From an uncultured Candidatus Saccharibacteria bacterium (lineage in GTDB: Bacteria; Patescibacteriota; Minisyncoccia; UBA6257), in the NCBI GenBank assembly GCA_964618625.1, contig CAZUBI010000001.1:396901-460900 (forward strand): DNA of 64,000 nucleotides, read 5' to 3'. Made by a program: the position numbers and the translations under genes. Positions 39,221 to 49,476 of the stretch are shown piece after piece; within the stretch, counting starts at the first letter, position 1; the number at the start of each line of letters is the position of its first letter. The notes beneath the pieces are model-generated. The model was not told the origin of the DNA, did no database searches, and saw only the letters and a list, made by a program, of their open reading frames with translations.

Positions 39221-40696
39221 ATGAGGAGAATATTAATTACAACTCCGATTTATTATGTTAATGATAAACCGCACATAGGTCATGCTTATACTACTTTAGT
39301 TGCAGATGTTTTGACGCGGTTTTTTAGAATGCAGGGAAAAGAAGTTTTTTTCTTGACTGGGACAGATGAACACGGAGCGAAAATTACTGAAGTAGCAGAA
39401 AAAGCGGGGAAAACACCAAAAGAAATTTGTGATGAAAATAGCGAGGATTTTAAAAAGGCATGGCAGAATTTAGAGATAAAATACGATTACTTTATAAGAA
39501 CAACTGATAAACGACACGAAGAGGCAGTCAAGAAATTTCTTGAAAAACTAAAAGAAAAAAACGCTATTTACGAAAAAGAGTACGTGGGTTTGTATTGTGT
39601 TGGCTGTGAGAAATTTTTAACTGAAAAAGATTTGGTTGATGGTTTATGCCCTGATCATAAAAGAAAGCCGGAAACAATTTCAGAGAAAAATTATTTTTTT
39701 AAGTTAAACTTAAAAGCAGTAGGAGAATTAATTAAAACAAAAAAATTAAAAATTTTGCCTTGTAGAGCAGAAAGTGAGGTTTTGGGATTATTAAATCAGA
39801 AGCTAGACGATTTTTCTATTTCTCGGCAAAAAGAAAGGGTAAAATGGGGGATTGATCTGCCATTTGATAAAAATCAAACTACTTACGTATGGGTGGACGC
39901 ATTGCTGAATTATATTTCAGCAGTTGGTTATAATGATAATGAAGAAGAGTTTAAAAAATGGTGGGTGGACGCCAGAGTCATTCATTTACTAGCTAAGGAT
40001 ATTTTGAAATTTCATGCAGTTTATTGGCCGGCAATGTTATTGTCAGTTGAAATTAAAACTCCAGACGAGGAATTTGTTCACGGATTTTTTACAATTAATG
40101 GGCAGAAAATGAGCAAAACATTAGGCAATTTTATCGACCCGAATGATTTGGTTAAAAAATTTGGTGCTGAAGTTACACGCTATCTTTTACTCTCGCAATT
40201 TCCTCTTAGTCAAGATGGTGATGTTAAAGAAGAAAAATTTGCTGAAAAATATAATTCTGATTTAGCACAAGGAATAGGAAATTTAGTTTCACGGGTTTTG
40301 GCTTTAGGAGAACAGTATGGTAAGCAGATAATGGTTCAATGTCCAGATCCTGATCTGACTATTAAATACTTCAATGATTATAAAAAACAAATGGAAGAAT
40401 TTCGTTTTAATGATGCTTTAGCAACTACTTGGAATTTAATTTCTTATTGCGATAAATATATAAGCGACACGAAACCGTGGGAAAAAATAAGTGATGAAAA
40501 AGAATTCCAGAAGATTTTAGGCGAATTAATATATATGCTAGGCAATATTTCTTTAATGCTTTCTCCTGTAATGCCTAAGACATCTCAAAAAATACTTGGA
40601 TTTCTTAAATTGCAAGGTATATCAAAACAAGATTGGTTATTACAAAAAGTTTCCTTAGAAAAACAACCAGCTTTGTTCCCGAAGAATGAATTATAA
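39221..40696 (+). CDS. metG: Methionine--tRNA ligase
   Basis: YYVNDKPHIGHAY, GTDEHG, YVWVDAL, KMSKT. Confidence 0.97.
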   Translation: MRRILITTPIYYVNDKPHIGHAYTTLVADVLTRFFRMQGKEVFFLTGTDEHGAKITEVAEKAGKTPKEICDENSEDFKKAWQNLEIKYDYFIRTTDKRHEEAVKKFLEKLKEKNAIYEKEYVGLYCVGCEKFLTEKDLVDGLCPDHKRKPETISEKNYFFKLNLKAVGELIKTKKLKILPCRAESEVLGLLNQKLDDFSISRQKERVKWGIDLPFDKNQTTYVWVDALLNYISAVGYNDNEEEFKKWWVDARVIHLLAKDILKFHAVYWPAMLLSVEIKTPDEEFVHGFFTINGQKMSKTLGNFIDPNDLVKKFGAEVTRYLLLSQFPLSQDGDVKEEKFAEKYNSDLAQGIGNLVSRVLALGEQYGKQIMVQCPDPDLTIKYFNDYKKQMEEFRFNDALATTWNLISYCDKYISDTKPWEKISDEKEFQKILGELIYMLGNISLMLSPVMPKTSQKILGFLKLQGISKQDWLLQKVSLEKQPALFPKNEL

Positions 40697-40715
40697 GAGT
40701 TAATAAAAAAGCGAA

Positions 40716-40769
40716 AGTAGATTGTTGAAAAAACCATAGCGATTAGCGTGTTTTTGAGACAATCCTACT
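40716..40769. repeat. Dispersed hairpin repeat family A, copy 2
   Basis: TTGTTGAAAAAACCATAGCGATTAGCGTGTTTTTGAGACAAT closed by AGTAG/CTACT. Confidence 0.8.
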
Positions 40770-40784
40770 AAGTTTTAATTAATT

Positions 40785-41636
40785 ATGTTTTTTGACTCTC
40801 ATACGCATTTAAATTTAGCTGCTTTTGACAAAGATAGAGAAGAAATAATAAAAAAAACCCTGGATCAGGGTGTTTTTGTAATTAATATAGGAACTTGCTA
40901 TGAAACTTCTAAAAAAGCAATAGAAATTGCTCAACAATATGAAAATTGCTGGGCCACAGTAGGGTTACATCCTAGCCATACAATACCAATGAAAATTGAT
41001 AAAAGTGAATTAGTAATAAATACCAAGGAAGATATATCTGAAGCAGAAGTTTTTAATGAAAAATTTGAATCATTTTTAAAAGAACCATTCGACTTTGCTC
41101 AGGGCAGGTCCAAGGTAGTAGCAATAGGAGAGTGCGGGCTGGATTATAGCTATCTGAAAGATTTTTCTAAAAAGGATAAAGCAAAGTATGAAAAAATGGA
41201 AGAGGAAGGGTTTAGAAAACAAATTCAGGCTGCCAAAAAATATAATTTACCTTTGTCTCTTCATGTACGTGATTTATATGCAAAAGCTCTAATTATTTTG
41301 GAAGAAGAAAAATATAAAGGAGGGGCAGTATTCCATTTTTTCACTGGTAACGTAAATCAGGCGCAGAAGATTTTAGAAAGAGGGTTTTATTTAGGTTTTT
41401 CAGGCATCATTACATATTCAGAAATAATGAAAGATGTGATTAAAAGCGCGCCGCTTGAGAAAATATTAATTGAAACAGACGCTCCCTATGTAGCGCCAAT
41501 TTCTTATAGGGGCAATAGGAATGAGCCAATCTATGTAAGAGAAGTGGCTAAAAAAATTGCCCAGATAAAAAAACTTCCTCTAAAAAAAATAGAGGAAGCT
41601 ACATTCAAAAATACCCTTCGATTATTCGGAATATAA
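40785..41636 (+). CDS. tatD: TatD family hydrolase
   Basis: DSHTH, GLHP, IGECGLD, ETDAPY. Confidence 0.93.
   Translation: MFFDSHTHLNLAAFDKDREEIIKKTLDQGVFVINIGTCYETSKKAIEIAQQYENCWATVGLHPSHTIPMKIDKSELVINTKEDISEAEVFNEKFESFLKEPFDFAQGRSKVVAIGECGLDYSYLKDFSKKDKAKYEKMEEEGFRKQIQAAKKYNLPLSLHVRDLYAKALIILEEEKYKGGAVFHFFTGNVNQAQKILERGFYLGFSGIITYSEIMKDVIKSAPLEKILIETDAPYVAPISYRGNRNEPIYVREVAKKIAQIKKLPLKKIEEATFKNTLRLFGI
41085..41108 (+). repeat. 24-nt repeat unit in frame within tatD
   Basis: CCATTCGACTTTGCTCAGGGCAGG (PFDFAQGR), same family as the rluD insert. Confidence 0.75.
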
Positions 41637-41671
41637 TTTTTAAAGGTTCGGAATATTCAGTTTATTATCAT

Positions 41672-43375
41672 TTATATTTCAATAACAACTGGTAATACCA
41701 TTGGGCGACGTTGTGTTTTTTTAAATAGGAATAGACCTATTTCATTTCTTAAATTGTTACGGATATAACCTTCATTAAATGTGTTTCCGCTAGTAGAGCG
41801 GCTAACAATTTCTCTGACTAGTTTTTTTGTTTGATTTATTAGTTCTTTTGATTCTTTCATATAAACAAATCCTTGTGAAATAATTTCAGGATTATTATGA
41901 AGTAATCCTGTTTTTCTATCCACCAAAGCAATAACGATAAAAATTCCATCCTTGGAAAGGGTTTGCCTTGCCCGAAGTACTACTTCTTTAACATCTCCTA
42001 CTCCTAATCCGTCAACCATTATGTAGTTTGTCGGAACAAATTTTTCTGTAGCCATAATTTTATTGCTGGTTAATTCAACTATTTGACCATTAGCAGTTAC
42101 CATTATATTTTTTTTAGGAATTTCTAAAGATTCTGCTAATTCTGCATGGAGTTTTAACATAGAAAAGTGGCCAAGAATGGGCATAAAGAATTGCGGCTTA
42201 GTAAGGTTAATCATCATTTTTAAGTCTTCCTGATAGCCATGACCAGAGGCATGAATATCAAGCATTTTATAGTGATAAACTTTAGCTCCTTGTTTTGCTA
42301 AATTATCTTTTAAATTTTGGACAGCTAATTCATTTCCCGGGACAACAGAAGAAGAGAAAATTACGGTATCTCCTTTCTGTATTTTTAAATGCTTATGTTC
42401 TCTATTTACTATTCTCATTAAAGTTGCTTCACTTTCGCCCTGTGCGCCAGTACATAGTATTGTTAATTTTTGTGGATCTAGACGGTTGGCTTCTTTCCAA
42501 TTAATTAAAGTTCCTTTTTTTATGTTTACATATTTTAGTTTTTCTGCAATGGCTAAATTGGTTCTCATTGCATACCCTTGTATAATAACTTTCCTGTCAT
42601 ATTTTTCTGATAACCAGATAGCTTGCTGGAGGCGGTTAATTAATGAAGCAAAGGCGGCTAAAATAATTCTTCCTTTACATTGCCCAAAAATAGAATCTAA
42701 ATTATCCATTATTGTTTTTTCTGAAATTGAGTGCCCAGTATTTTCTACGCCAGTTGAATCAGACATTAAAAGCTGAACTCCTTGGGAAGCAAGTGTAGTA
42801 ATACGTGATAAATCAGCTGGTTTATCACCCACTGGATGAAAATCAAATTTAAAATCAGTCGCATACATAATTAATCCATATGGTGTATCAATAGCCAGCC
42901 CTAAAGTATCAGGTATATTATGGTTTAAATGAAATGGAGAAATTTTAAAAGGGCCTAAGGTTATAGATTTATTTGGATTTATTTCTTCAATATTTAATTT
43001 TTTCAAATGAGGGAAATCCTCCTGCCTTTTTAAAATTATTCCCCGACTAAGAGGAGCAGTATAAATAGTAGGATAATTTAATTTATCAATTAAGTAAGGT
43101 ATGGCTCCTATGTGGTCATAATGAGCATGAGTAATCAAAATCCCCAATATTTTTTTCTCTGGATGGTTAATTAAATATTCTATATTAGGAATAATAAAAT
43201 CAATACCTGGCATATTTTCGTCAGGAAACTGTAGCCCCATATCAACAATTAGGATCTGATTCTCGTATTCAAAAAGAGTCATATTGCGGCCAACTTCTTC
43301 CAATCCTCCTAATGGAATAATTTTTAATGGGTTAGAAGATATTTTTGTTTTTTTACGAAATTTTTTACGTTCCAT
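41672..43375 (-). CDS. rnj: Ribonuclease J
   Basis: PLGGLEEVGRNM, THAHYDHIG, HASGH, RRPMVLP; start set to ATG 43375. Confidence 0.95.
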   Translation of the reverse strand: MERKKFRKKTKISSNPLKIIPLGGLEEVGRNMTLFEYENQILIVDMGLQFPDENMPGIDFIIPNIEYLINHPEKKILGILITHAHYDHIGAIPYLIDKLNYPTIYTAPLSRGIILKRQEDFPHLKKLNIEEINPNKSITLGPFKISPFHLNHNIPDTLGLAIDTPYGLIMYATDFKFDFHPVGDKPADLSRITTLASQGVQLLMSDSTGVENTGHSISEKTIMDNLDSIFGQCKGRIILAAFASLINRLQQAIWLSEKYDRKVIIQGYAMRTNLAIAEKLKYVNIKKGTLINWKEANRLDPQKLTILCTGAQGESEATLMRIVNREHKHLKIQKGDTVIFSSSVVPGNELAVQNLKDNLAKQGAKVYHYKMLDIHASGHGYQEDLKMMINLTKPQFFMPILGHFSMLKLHAELAESLEIPKKNIMVTANGQIVELTSNKIMATEKFVPTNYIMVDGLGVGDVKEVVLRARQTLSKDGIFIVIALVDRKTGLLHNNPEIISQGFVYMKESKELINQTKKLVREIVSRSTSGNTFNEGYIRNNLRNEIGLFLFKKTQRRPMVLPVVIEI

Positions 43376-43389
43376 ATTTTTTATTTTAG

Positions 43390-43475
43390 TGCCGCGGGTG
43401 GGATTTGAACCCACATCCCAAAATTTTGGGACACGGTTCTGAACCGTGCGCGTCTGCCAATTCCGCCACCGCGGC
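43390..43475 (-). tRNA. tRNA-Leu(CAG)
   Basis: CACGG-TTCAGAA-CCGTG, long variable arm. Confidence 0.94.
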
Positions 43476-43487
43476 AAATTTATTTAT

Positions 43488-45170
43488 TTACTTATTTATT
43501 ATTGTACGTTTTGTATATATATACCAATTCTCAATGTCAGCGAATTTTTCTGATGGCAGATTGGCATATTGAATATTATAACCTTTTATTTTTTGCGGAA
43601 GGATATAGAGATAAAAGGGATTATAAAGAAAAAGGGCAGGTTTGTCTTCGAAAAGTATGCTTTGAATTGTTTTTAGGTCATTTGTTCGTTGTTCTTCATC
43701 AAAGGTTTGTCTCGTTTTTTCTAAAAGTTCGTCTAAATCTTTGTTTTGATAGGCAGAAAGATTAAGGCCCGGATCAGTTATTTGTGAAGAGTGCCAAAAA
43801 GAAAATAAATCAGGGTCTTGTCCTATAATTTCTCCGAAAAGCAATGCGTCGTAAGATCTAGTTTGAATAATTTCTTTTTCCAAAGTAGCTAATGGAAGAA
43901 TTTGTAATTCCACAGAAATTCCTATTTTTTCCCAGCAAGTTGCTAAATAATTAGCCACTCTGATTAATTCTAAGTTATCAGGAAGTGAAAGGATAAAAGT
44001 TCTTTGGTCTGGTTCTAATTGTTCAATGATTTCTTTTGCCTCTTGTAGCGAATATTCTGGCAAGAGATTAAATTCTTTTTCTAAGAATCCGGGAGTAAAA
44101 GGGCCTCCCAAAGGGAAAGCTTGTTCTTTTAATATTTCTGTCATTAATTCTTGCCGTGGTATTGCTAAATCTAATGCCTGTCGAATTTCTTTTTGATCAA
44201 ATAAAGAGTTTTTTAGATTCAAAAACACTGCATAATAGCGGGGAAGATACAAAGAAGCTATTTGGATGTTCTTTTTGCTTGCAAAAAAATCTACATCTTC
44301 GATTAAAACAGGAGAGAATCCGTCGATTTCTTTTTTTAATAATCCGCTTTTAGCTAAATCATAATTATCGTAAGAACGGAAGATTAATTTGGAAATATAA
44401 GGTTCTTTTTTAAAATAATTTTCATTAGCTACCAGAGAATAACTAATAATCTTTCCAGGTTTGTTTTTTTCCAAACTGTCAAAAAGATATGGTCCTGTTC
44501 CAATTGGTTTAAGATTATAATCCGCTGATAAAAAATTTCTTGATTCAATATTTTCCCAGATATGTTTTGGAATTATTTTTAAAGTAAGGTTTTGTAAGAA
44601 TGGCTTATAAGGGTTTTTAAGATTAAAACGTATAACATGTGTCCCTAATTTTTCTACAATAACTCCTCCCCAATTTAACCTCAATGGGCTTCTTATACTT
44701 GGATTTTGGATTGTCTCAATTGTAAAAATTACATCATCTGCCGTGAAAGTCACTCCATCATGCCAAAAAACATTGTCCTTAAGAAATATGATATAGGTCT
44801 TGCCATCTTTACTAACTTCTGTTTTTTCTGCTAAATTAGTGATTAATTTTCCTTGTCCATCAATAGAATATAAACCGTCATAAATTAATTCTATCAAATC
44901 CTTATCATAGTCGTTGGATTGAGCTAAAACAGGGTTAATATAAGATGGGCGGCCAATGATGCCTAAATGTAAGACTCCTCCTTTTTCTGGTTCAAGTGTT
45001 GTAAATTTGCAAATAAAATTAAAAATTAGAAGAAAAATGCCGGCAAGCAGAAAGCATAAAAATAGAAAACCGAGAGCTTTCTTTTTTGATGGCAATTTTA
45101 ACCACTTTCTAAATAAGGAGTACCTTGTTTCTCCCTTCGCTCGAAATAAAGAACTAAAAATGGTTTTCAT
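43488..45170 (-). CDS. Peptide ABC transporter substrate-binding protein (family 5)
   Basis: WHDG..FTADDVIFT, PIGTGPY, IRQAL. Confidence 0.88.
   Translation of the reverse strand: MKTIFSSLFRAKGETRYSLFRKWLKLPSKKKALGFLFLCFLLAGIFLLIFNFICKFTTLEPEKGGVLHLGIIGRPSYINPVLAQSNDYDKDLIELIYDGLYSIDGQGKLITNLAEKTEVSKDGKTYIIFLKDNVFWHDGVTFTADDVIFTIETIQNPSIRSPLRLNWGGVIVEKLGTHVIRFNLKNPYKPFLQNLTLKIIPKHIWENIESRNFLSADYNLKPIGTGPYLFDSLEKNKPGKIISYSLVANENYFKKEPYISKLIFRSYDNYDLAKSGLLKKEIDGFSPVLIEDVDFFASKKNIQIASLYLPRYYAVFLNLKNSLFDQKEIRQALDLAIPRQELMTEILKEQAFPLGGPFTPGFLEKEFNLLPEYSLQEAKEIIEQLEPDQRTFILSLPDNLELIRVANYLATCWEKIGISVELQILPLATLEKEIIQTRSYDALLFGEIIGQDPDLFSFWHSSQITDPGLNLSAYQNKDLDELLEKTRQTFDEEQRTNDLKTIQSILFEDKPALFLYNPFYLYILPQKIKGYNIQYANLPSEKFADIENWYIYTKRTIINK
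45122..45150 (+). repeat. Repeat family B copy inside the 5' end of the substrate-binding protein gene
   Basis: ACCTTGTTTCTCCCTTCGCTCGAAATAAA; reads LFRAKGETRY on the coding strand. Confidence 0.75.
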
Positions 45171-45191
45171 TAGGATAAATAAGCAAAAAGA

Positions 45192-45410
45192 TTAAATCAG
45201 GAAGCAAATAATTGATAGAGCGATAAATAACCCGCCTAATATAATAGTGAATACAAAAATTGTTTTTTCCAAGCCCCTTCTCGTACCATAGAATTGAGAA
45301 GATATTCCTCCTAATACTCCCATTCCCCCTCCTCGCTGTTGCAAAAGAACAAGAATTATAAGAAGGATACCGATAACGATTTGAGCAATAGCTAAATCAA
45401 GTTGATTCAT
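45192..45410 (-). CDS. secG: Preprotein translocase subunit SecG
   Basis: Two TM helices; LLQQRGGG..GG, RRGLEK. Confidence 0.92.
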   Translation of the reverse strand: MNQLDLAIAQIVIGILLIILVLLQQRGGGMGVLGGISSQFYGTRRGLEKTIFVFTIILGGLFIALSIICFLI

Positions 45411-45422
45411 AATTAAAATATA

Positions 45423-45539
45423 TTTATTTCGAACAAAGCGAGAAACAAGGTTCTCTTGAGCGAAGCGAAAGAGGTCCTTATTTTAATTTCAACATCCTTA
45501 AGCGAAGACACGTTAAACGTGGCGAAGCGAAAGGTTGTT
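45423..45539 (-). repeat. Repeat family B copy plus GCGAAGCGA hairpins
   Basis: TTTATTTCGAACAAAGCGAGAAACAAGGT followed by two related hairpins. Confidence 0.75.
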
Positions 45540-45564
45540 ATAATTGTTTAATTTTTAATCATCA

Positions 45565-45927
45565 CTACTTAATCCGATGTAAAAAAGAATTAAAAATGCT
45601 AATAATAATGGATGCAGCTAACCAAGTTATAGGATACTGAATTACTAACACGGGCATGAAAATAGTCGCAACTTTTAGCAGGATGATATTGATAATAAAG
45701 ATAAAAATACCAAGAGTTACCCAAATGAGCGGGAGAAAAAGAATTCGTAAGATTGGTTTTATTAGTAAATTAAGGAGCGAAAGAATCAAAGCGAGAAGAA
45801 TAAGTTGTTCTAATGTGCCTTGAAAATAAAAATCATTAAATAAATAATTTAATAATCTCTGGCAGAGCAAAATCGCCGCAATATTGAGAATAACACCAAA
45901 AAGAAGCCTCTTTAAAAAACGCATCAT
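45565..45927 (-). CDS. 4-TM membrane protein (YvlD / phage holin 4_2 family)
   Basis: LNLLIKPIL..LFLPL..VTLG.F..IIN pattern. Confidence 0.8.
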   Translation of the reverse strand: MMRFLKRLLFGVILNIAAILLCQRLLNYLFNDFYFQGTLEQLILLALILSLLNLLIKPILRILFLPLIWVTLGIFIFIINIILLKVATIFMPVLVIQYPITWLAASIIISIFNSFLHRIK

Positions 45928-45977
45928 TTAATAGATGTATTATACGTTAATAAGAATAAAAAGTCAAAAGCAAGAGA

Positions 45978-46031
45978 TTATTTTGAGCAAAGCGAGAAAC
46001 AAGGTTCTACGAGCAAAGTGAGCAGGTTCTT
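45978..46031 (-). repeat. Repeat family B copy
   Basis: TTATTTTGAGCAAAGCGAGAAACAAGGTTCTACGAGCAAAGTGAGCAGGTTCTT. Confidence 0.8.
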
Positions 46032-47628
46032 ACTTTTTAATTCCAAGTAATGGAATTAAGCTTTGCCCCGTCATTTCTGAAGGGATTGGTAAACCAAATA
46101 ATTCTAAAATTGTAGGTGTAACATCGGCAAGCATTCCTCCAGCCCATTTTTCTATTTCCAAAATTCTTTTTATTGAACGAGGAGAGGAAAATTTCCACCT
46201 TTTATCTATTAAATAAAAAGGAACAAGGCTGGTATCATGCTTGGTTTCTATTTCTCCTGTCAGAGGATTTATCATTCTTTCTAAATTGCCATGGTCAGCG
46301 GTAATAATGGTAGTATAATTCAATGCTTGGATTTTTTGAATTATTTTTGCCACTTCCTGATCCATAATTTTCGCGCATTGAATACCCGCTTTCATATTGC
46401 CTGTATGGCTTATTAAATCAGGATTAGCGTAATTTACTAATATAAAATCATAAATATTTTCATCAAAAGATTGAAAAAGCCGCGTAGTAATTTCTGGAGC
46501 CCTCAATTCCGGATAATCTTCAAGATGCAATGTTTTTATAGAAGGAATAATTACCCAATATTCACCCGGGAATGGTTTTTCTTTAAATCCGTCGAAAAAA
46601 TATGTAACATGGGCGTATTTTTCTGTTTCTGCTAAATGAAGTTGTCGTTTTCCAGCCTTAGAAAGTATTTGAGATAAACAGGTAGAGATTTTTTGAGGAG
46701 GGAATGCTACTGGTAAAGCAAAATCTCTTTTATATTGAGTAAATGTAGTAATTTTCAATTCTTGGAATTTTTTAATAGGAAATTTGTCAAATTGAGGATT
46801 AATAAAAGGTTCTACCAATTGTCGCATTCTTTCTTCGCGAAAATTGAAGAATATAATACCATCTCGTTCTTTGATAATACTTGAAGGCTCTTGTTCGTTT
46901 GGATCACCAATCAGTGCCGGAACAATAAATTCATCAGTAATGCTTCCTTTATAAGATTTTTCTAAATAAGCGAGAGCATCATTTTCTGTTTTGCATTTAC
47001 CAAAAACCAAAGCGTCATAACATTTAGCTATTCTGTTAAAATTATTATCTCTATCCATAGCATAAAAACGTCCTGACAAGCTGGCGATTTTGCCTTTTCC
47101 TCGTATTTTTATATCTTCTTGCAATTGAGTTATTAATTCTTTTGCTTTTGTCGGAGAGGAATCTCGTCCATCAGTAAAAAGATGCAAATTTATTTTTTCT
47201 ATCTTTAGAGAATTGGCTAAATCCAAAAGCGCCATAAGGTGCTCGTAAGAACTATGAACAATATTATTACTAAATAAACCGGCTAAATGTAATGTGCTAT
47301 TATTCTTTTTAACATGGTTATATGTTTCCAACAAAGCTGGGTTTTGGAAAAAAGATCCATTTTGTATGCTTTGTGAAATACGGACAGAATATTGGTATAA
47401 AATTTGACCAGTGCCTAATGTTAAATGGCCTACCTCGCTGTTTCCAGCTTTGTTAAATGGCAATCCTACAGAAATGCCTGATGCTTGTAAGGCGATCATA
47501 GGATAATATTTTTTAATCTCATCAATATTTGGAGTACCAGCTCGATGGATAGCATTAGAAAAATCTTTTTTTCCTATTCCCCAACCATCTAAAATTATTA
47601 AACAAATTTTTGAACAAAGACCAGGCAT
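46030..47628 (-). CDS. gpmI: 2,3-bisphosphoglycerate-independent phosphoglycerate mutase
   Basis: ILDGWG, GNSEVGH, GRFYAMDRD, AETEKYAHVT, TADHGN. Confidence 0.96.
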   Translation of the reverse strand: MPGLCSKICLIILDGWGIGKKDFSNAIHRAGTPNIDEIKKYYPMIALQASGISVGLPFNKAGNSEVGHLTLGTGQILYQYSVRISQSIQNGSFFQNPALLETYNHVKKNNSTLHLAGLFSNNIVHSSYEHLMALLDLANSLKIEKINLHLFTDGRDSSPTKAKELITQLQEDIKIRGKGKIASLSGRFYAMDRDNNFNRIAKCYDALVFGKCKTENDALAYLEKSYKGSITDEFIVPALIGDPNEQEPSSIIKERDGIIFFNFREERMRQLVEPFINPQFDKFPIKKFQELKITTFTQYKRDFALPVAFPPQKISTCLSQILSKAGKRQLHLAETEKYAHVTYFFDGFKEKPFPGEYWVIIPSIKTLHLEDYPELRAPEITTRLFQSFDENIYDFILVNYANPDLISHTGNMKAGIQCAKIMDQEVAKIIQKIQALNYTTIITADHGNLERMINPLTGEIETKHDTSLVPFYLIDKRWKFSSPRSIKRILEIEKWAGGMLADVTPTILELFGLPIPSEMTGQSLIPLLGIKK

Positions 47629-47852
47629 AAATTTAAAATTGTTTATAGTATATCTTATTTTTTTCTCTTTGACAAAGGATGTATCTTTCTGATAGAATTA
47701 TATTGTTCTACATTTAAACTTTAACTTAGGCACTATTTATTCTCTCGCGATTAACTTTTTAGGATGTTTTACCTGAAAGATTTCTATCAAATCATATTTT
47801 ATTTATTAAAGTTAAATCAAAAACTCTTAAGGGTTTCTTAGGTTTAATTTAT

Positions 47853-47918
47853 AAGAACCTGCTCGTTTCACTCGCAGAACCTTCGCAGAACCTTGTTTCT
47901 CACTTTGCTCGAAATAAA
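47853..47918 (+). repeat. Repeat family B copy in the rny leader
   Basis: Core identical to 19079-19107, with a duplicated TCGCAGAACCT. Confidence 0.85.
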
Positions 47919-47949
47919 CATAGAGGATAATAGGCCTTAAATTAAAATT

Positions 47950-49476
47950 ATGGCTATATTAGATATATCAAGCATAGTTCTGTCTATTGGGATAGGCTTG
48001 TTTTTGGGGTATGTTATTCGTCAGAAAATTGCCCAAAAATATTCTGATTCTATCGAGACTAAATTAAAGTCCCGTATCGAGAAAGTTCGTGAAGAAGCAA
48101 AAAAAGTTGTTTTAGAAGCCAGAGAAAAGGCTACGAAAATCTTAGAAGAATCTGAAGAAGAAAACAAGAAGAGAAAGATTCAGATTGATAAAATGGAAGA
48201 AAGATTATTCCAACGGGAAGAGTTGGTTGATAAGAAACAAAAAGAATTAACAGAGGAAGAGAAAGAGAATAAAAGAATCTTTGAGAAAATACAAAACTTA
48301 AAAACAGAACTGGAAAAACTTCAAAAAAGCGAATTAGAATCCTTGGAAAAGGTAGCAGGATTATCAGTAAAAGAGGCAAAAGAGGAACTTCTTCAAAGAG
48401 CAGAAAAAGAATATAAAGAGGATATATTGAAATCATTAAAAAAATTAGAAACAACAAGGAAAGAAGAAATGGAGAATAAAGCGAAAGATATAATGGTAGA
48501 CGCAATTCAAAAATACAGTCGTTCCAATGTTAGTGAAATTACTACCACTATAATGAATTTGCCTTCAGAGGATATAAAGGGAAGGATAATAGGCCGTGAA
48601 GGAAGAAATATTCGTCATTTTGAGAGACTTTCAGGAGTGGAATTGATAATGGATGATTCACCAAACACAATTATTCTTTCAAGTTTTGATCCTGCAAGGC
48701 GCGAAGTTGCGAGGATAGCTTTAGATAAATTAATCAAAGATGGTCGTATTCAACCAGCTAGAATTGAAGAAAAAATTATAGAGGCTCAGGCAGAAATTAG
48801 GGATACAATTAAAAAAGCAGGTGAAGATGCTGTATATGAAGTTGGCATATTAGATTTACCGCCAGAAATAATTTATTTATTAGGGAGATTAAACTTTAGG
48901 ACAAGCTATGGTCAGAATGCTTTAATGCATTCAATGGAAGTTGCTTTATTAAGCGCGGCTTTGGCTTCAGAACTTGGAGCTGATGTTGAAGTGGCCAAAA
49001 AAGCAGGACTACTTCATGATATTGGAAAAGCGGTTGATCAGGAGATTGAAGGCACTCATTTGGAATTAGGGAGGAAAATATTAAAAAAATATCATCAGTC
49101 AGAGGAAATAATTAAAGCAATGCAGTCTCATCATGATACATATCCTGTAGAGACTTTAGAAGCGGCTATTGTAAATGCTGCCGACGCTATTTCCGCTGCT
49201 CGTCCTGGAGCAAGAAAAGATAATGTTGAGGCATATCTTAAACGATTAGCTAATTTAGAAGAAATAGCTTATTCTTTTAAAGGGGTTGAGAAGGTTTATG
49301 CTGTTTCTGCTGGCAGGGAAATTAGAGTTTTTGTTCATCCGAATCAGATTGATGATCTTGGGGCAATGAAATTAGCAAAAGATTTAGCCAAACGTATAGA
49401 GGAAACATTGAAATATCCTGGCGAAGTTAAAGTCGCGATAATTCGTGAAACAAGAGCTATTGAAATTGCCAGATAA
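47950..49476 (+). CDS. rny: Ribonuclease Y
   Basis: TM helix, coiled coil, KH (KGRIIGREGRNI), HD (LLHDIGK). Confidence 0.96.
   Translation: MAILDISSIVLSIGIGLFLGYVIRQKIAQKYSDSIETKLKSRIEKVREEAKKVVLEAREKATKILEESEEENKKRKIQIDKMEERLFQREELVDKKQKELTEEEKENKRIFEKIQNLKTELEKLQKSELESLEKVAGLSVKEAKEELLQRAEKEYKEDILKSLKKLETTRKEEMENKAKDIMVDAIQKYSRSNVSEITTTIMNLPSEDIKGRIIGREGRNIRHFERLSGVELIMDDSPNTIILSSFDPARREVARIALDKLIKDGRIQPARIEEKIIEAQAEIRDTIKKAGEDAVYEVGILDLPPEIIYLLGRLNFRTSYGQNALMHSMEVALLSAALASELGADVEVAKKAGLLHDIGKAVDQEIEGTHLELGRKILKKYHQSEEIIKAMQSHHDTYPVETLEAAIVNAADAISAARPGARKDNVEAYLKRLANLEEIAYSFKGVEKVYAVSAGREIRVFVHPNQIDDLGAMKLAKDLAKRIEETLKYPGEVKVAIIRETRAIEIAR

Noticed and set aside
45565-45927. Prophage inferred from the holin-family gene
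   Set aside because: The family is common in chromosomes and no phage genes are nearby.
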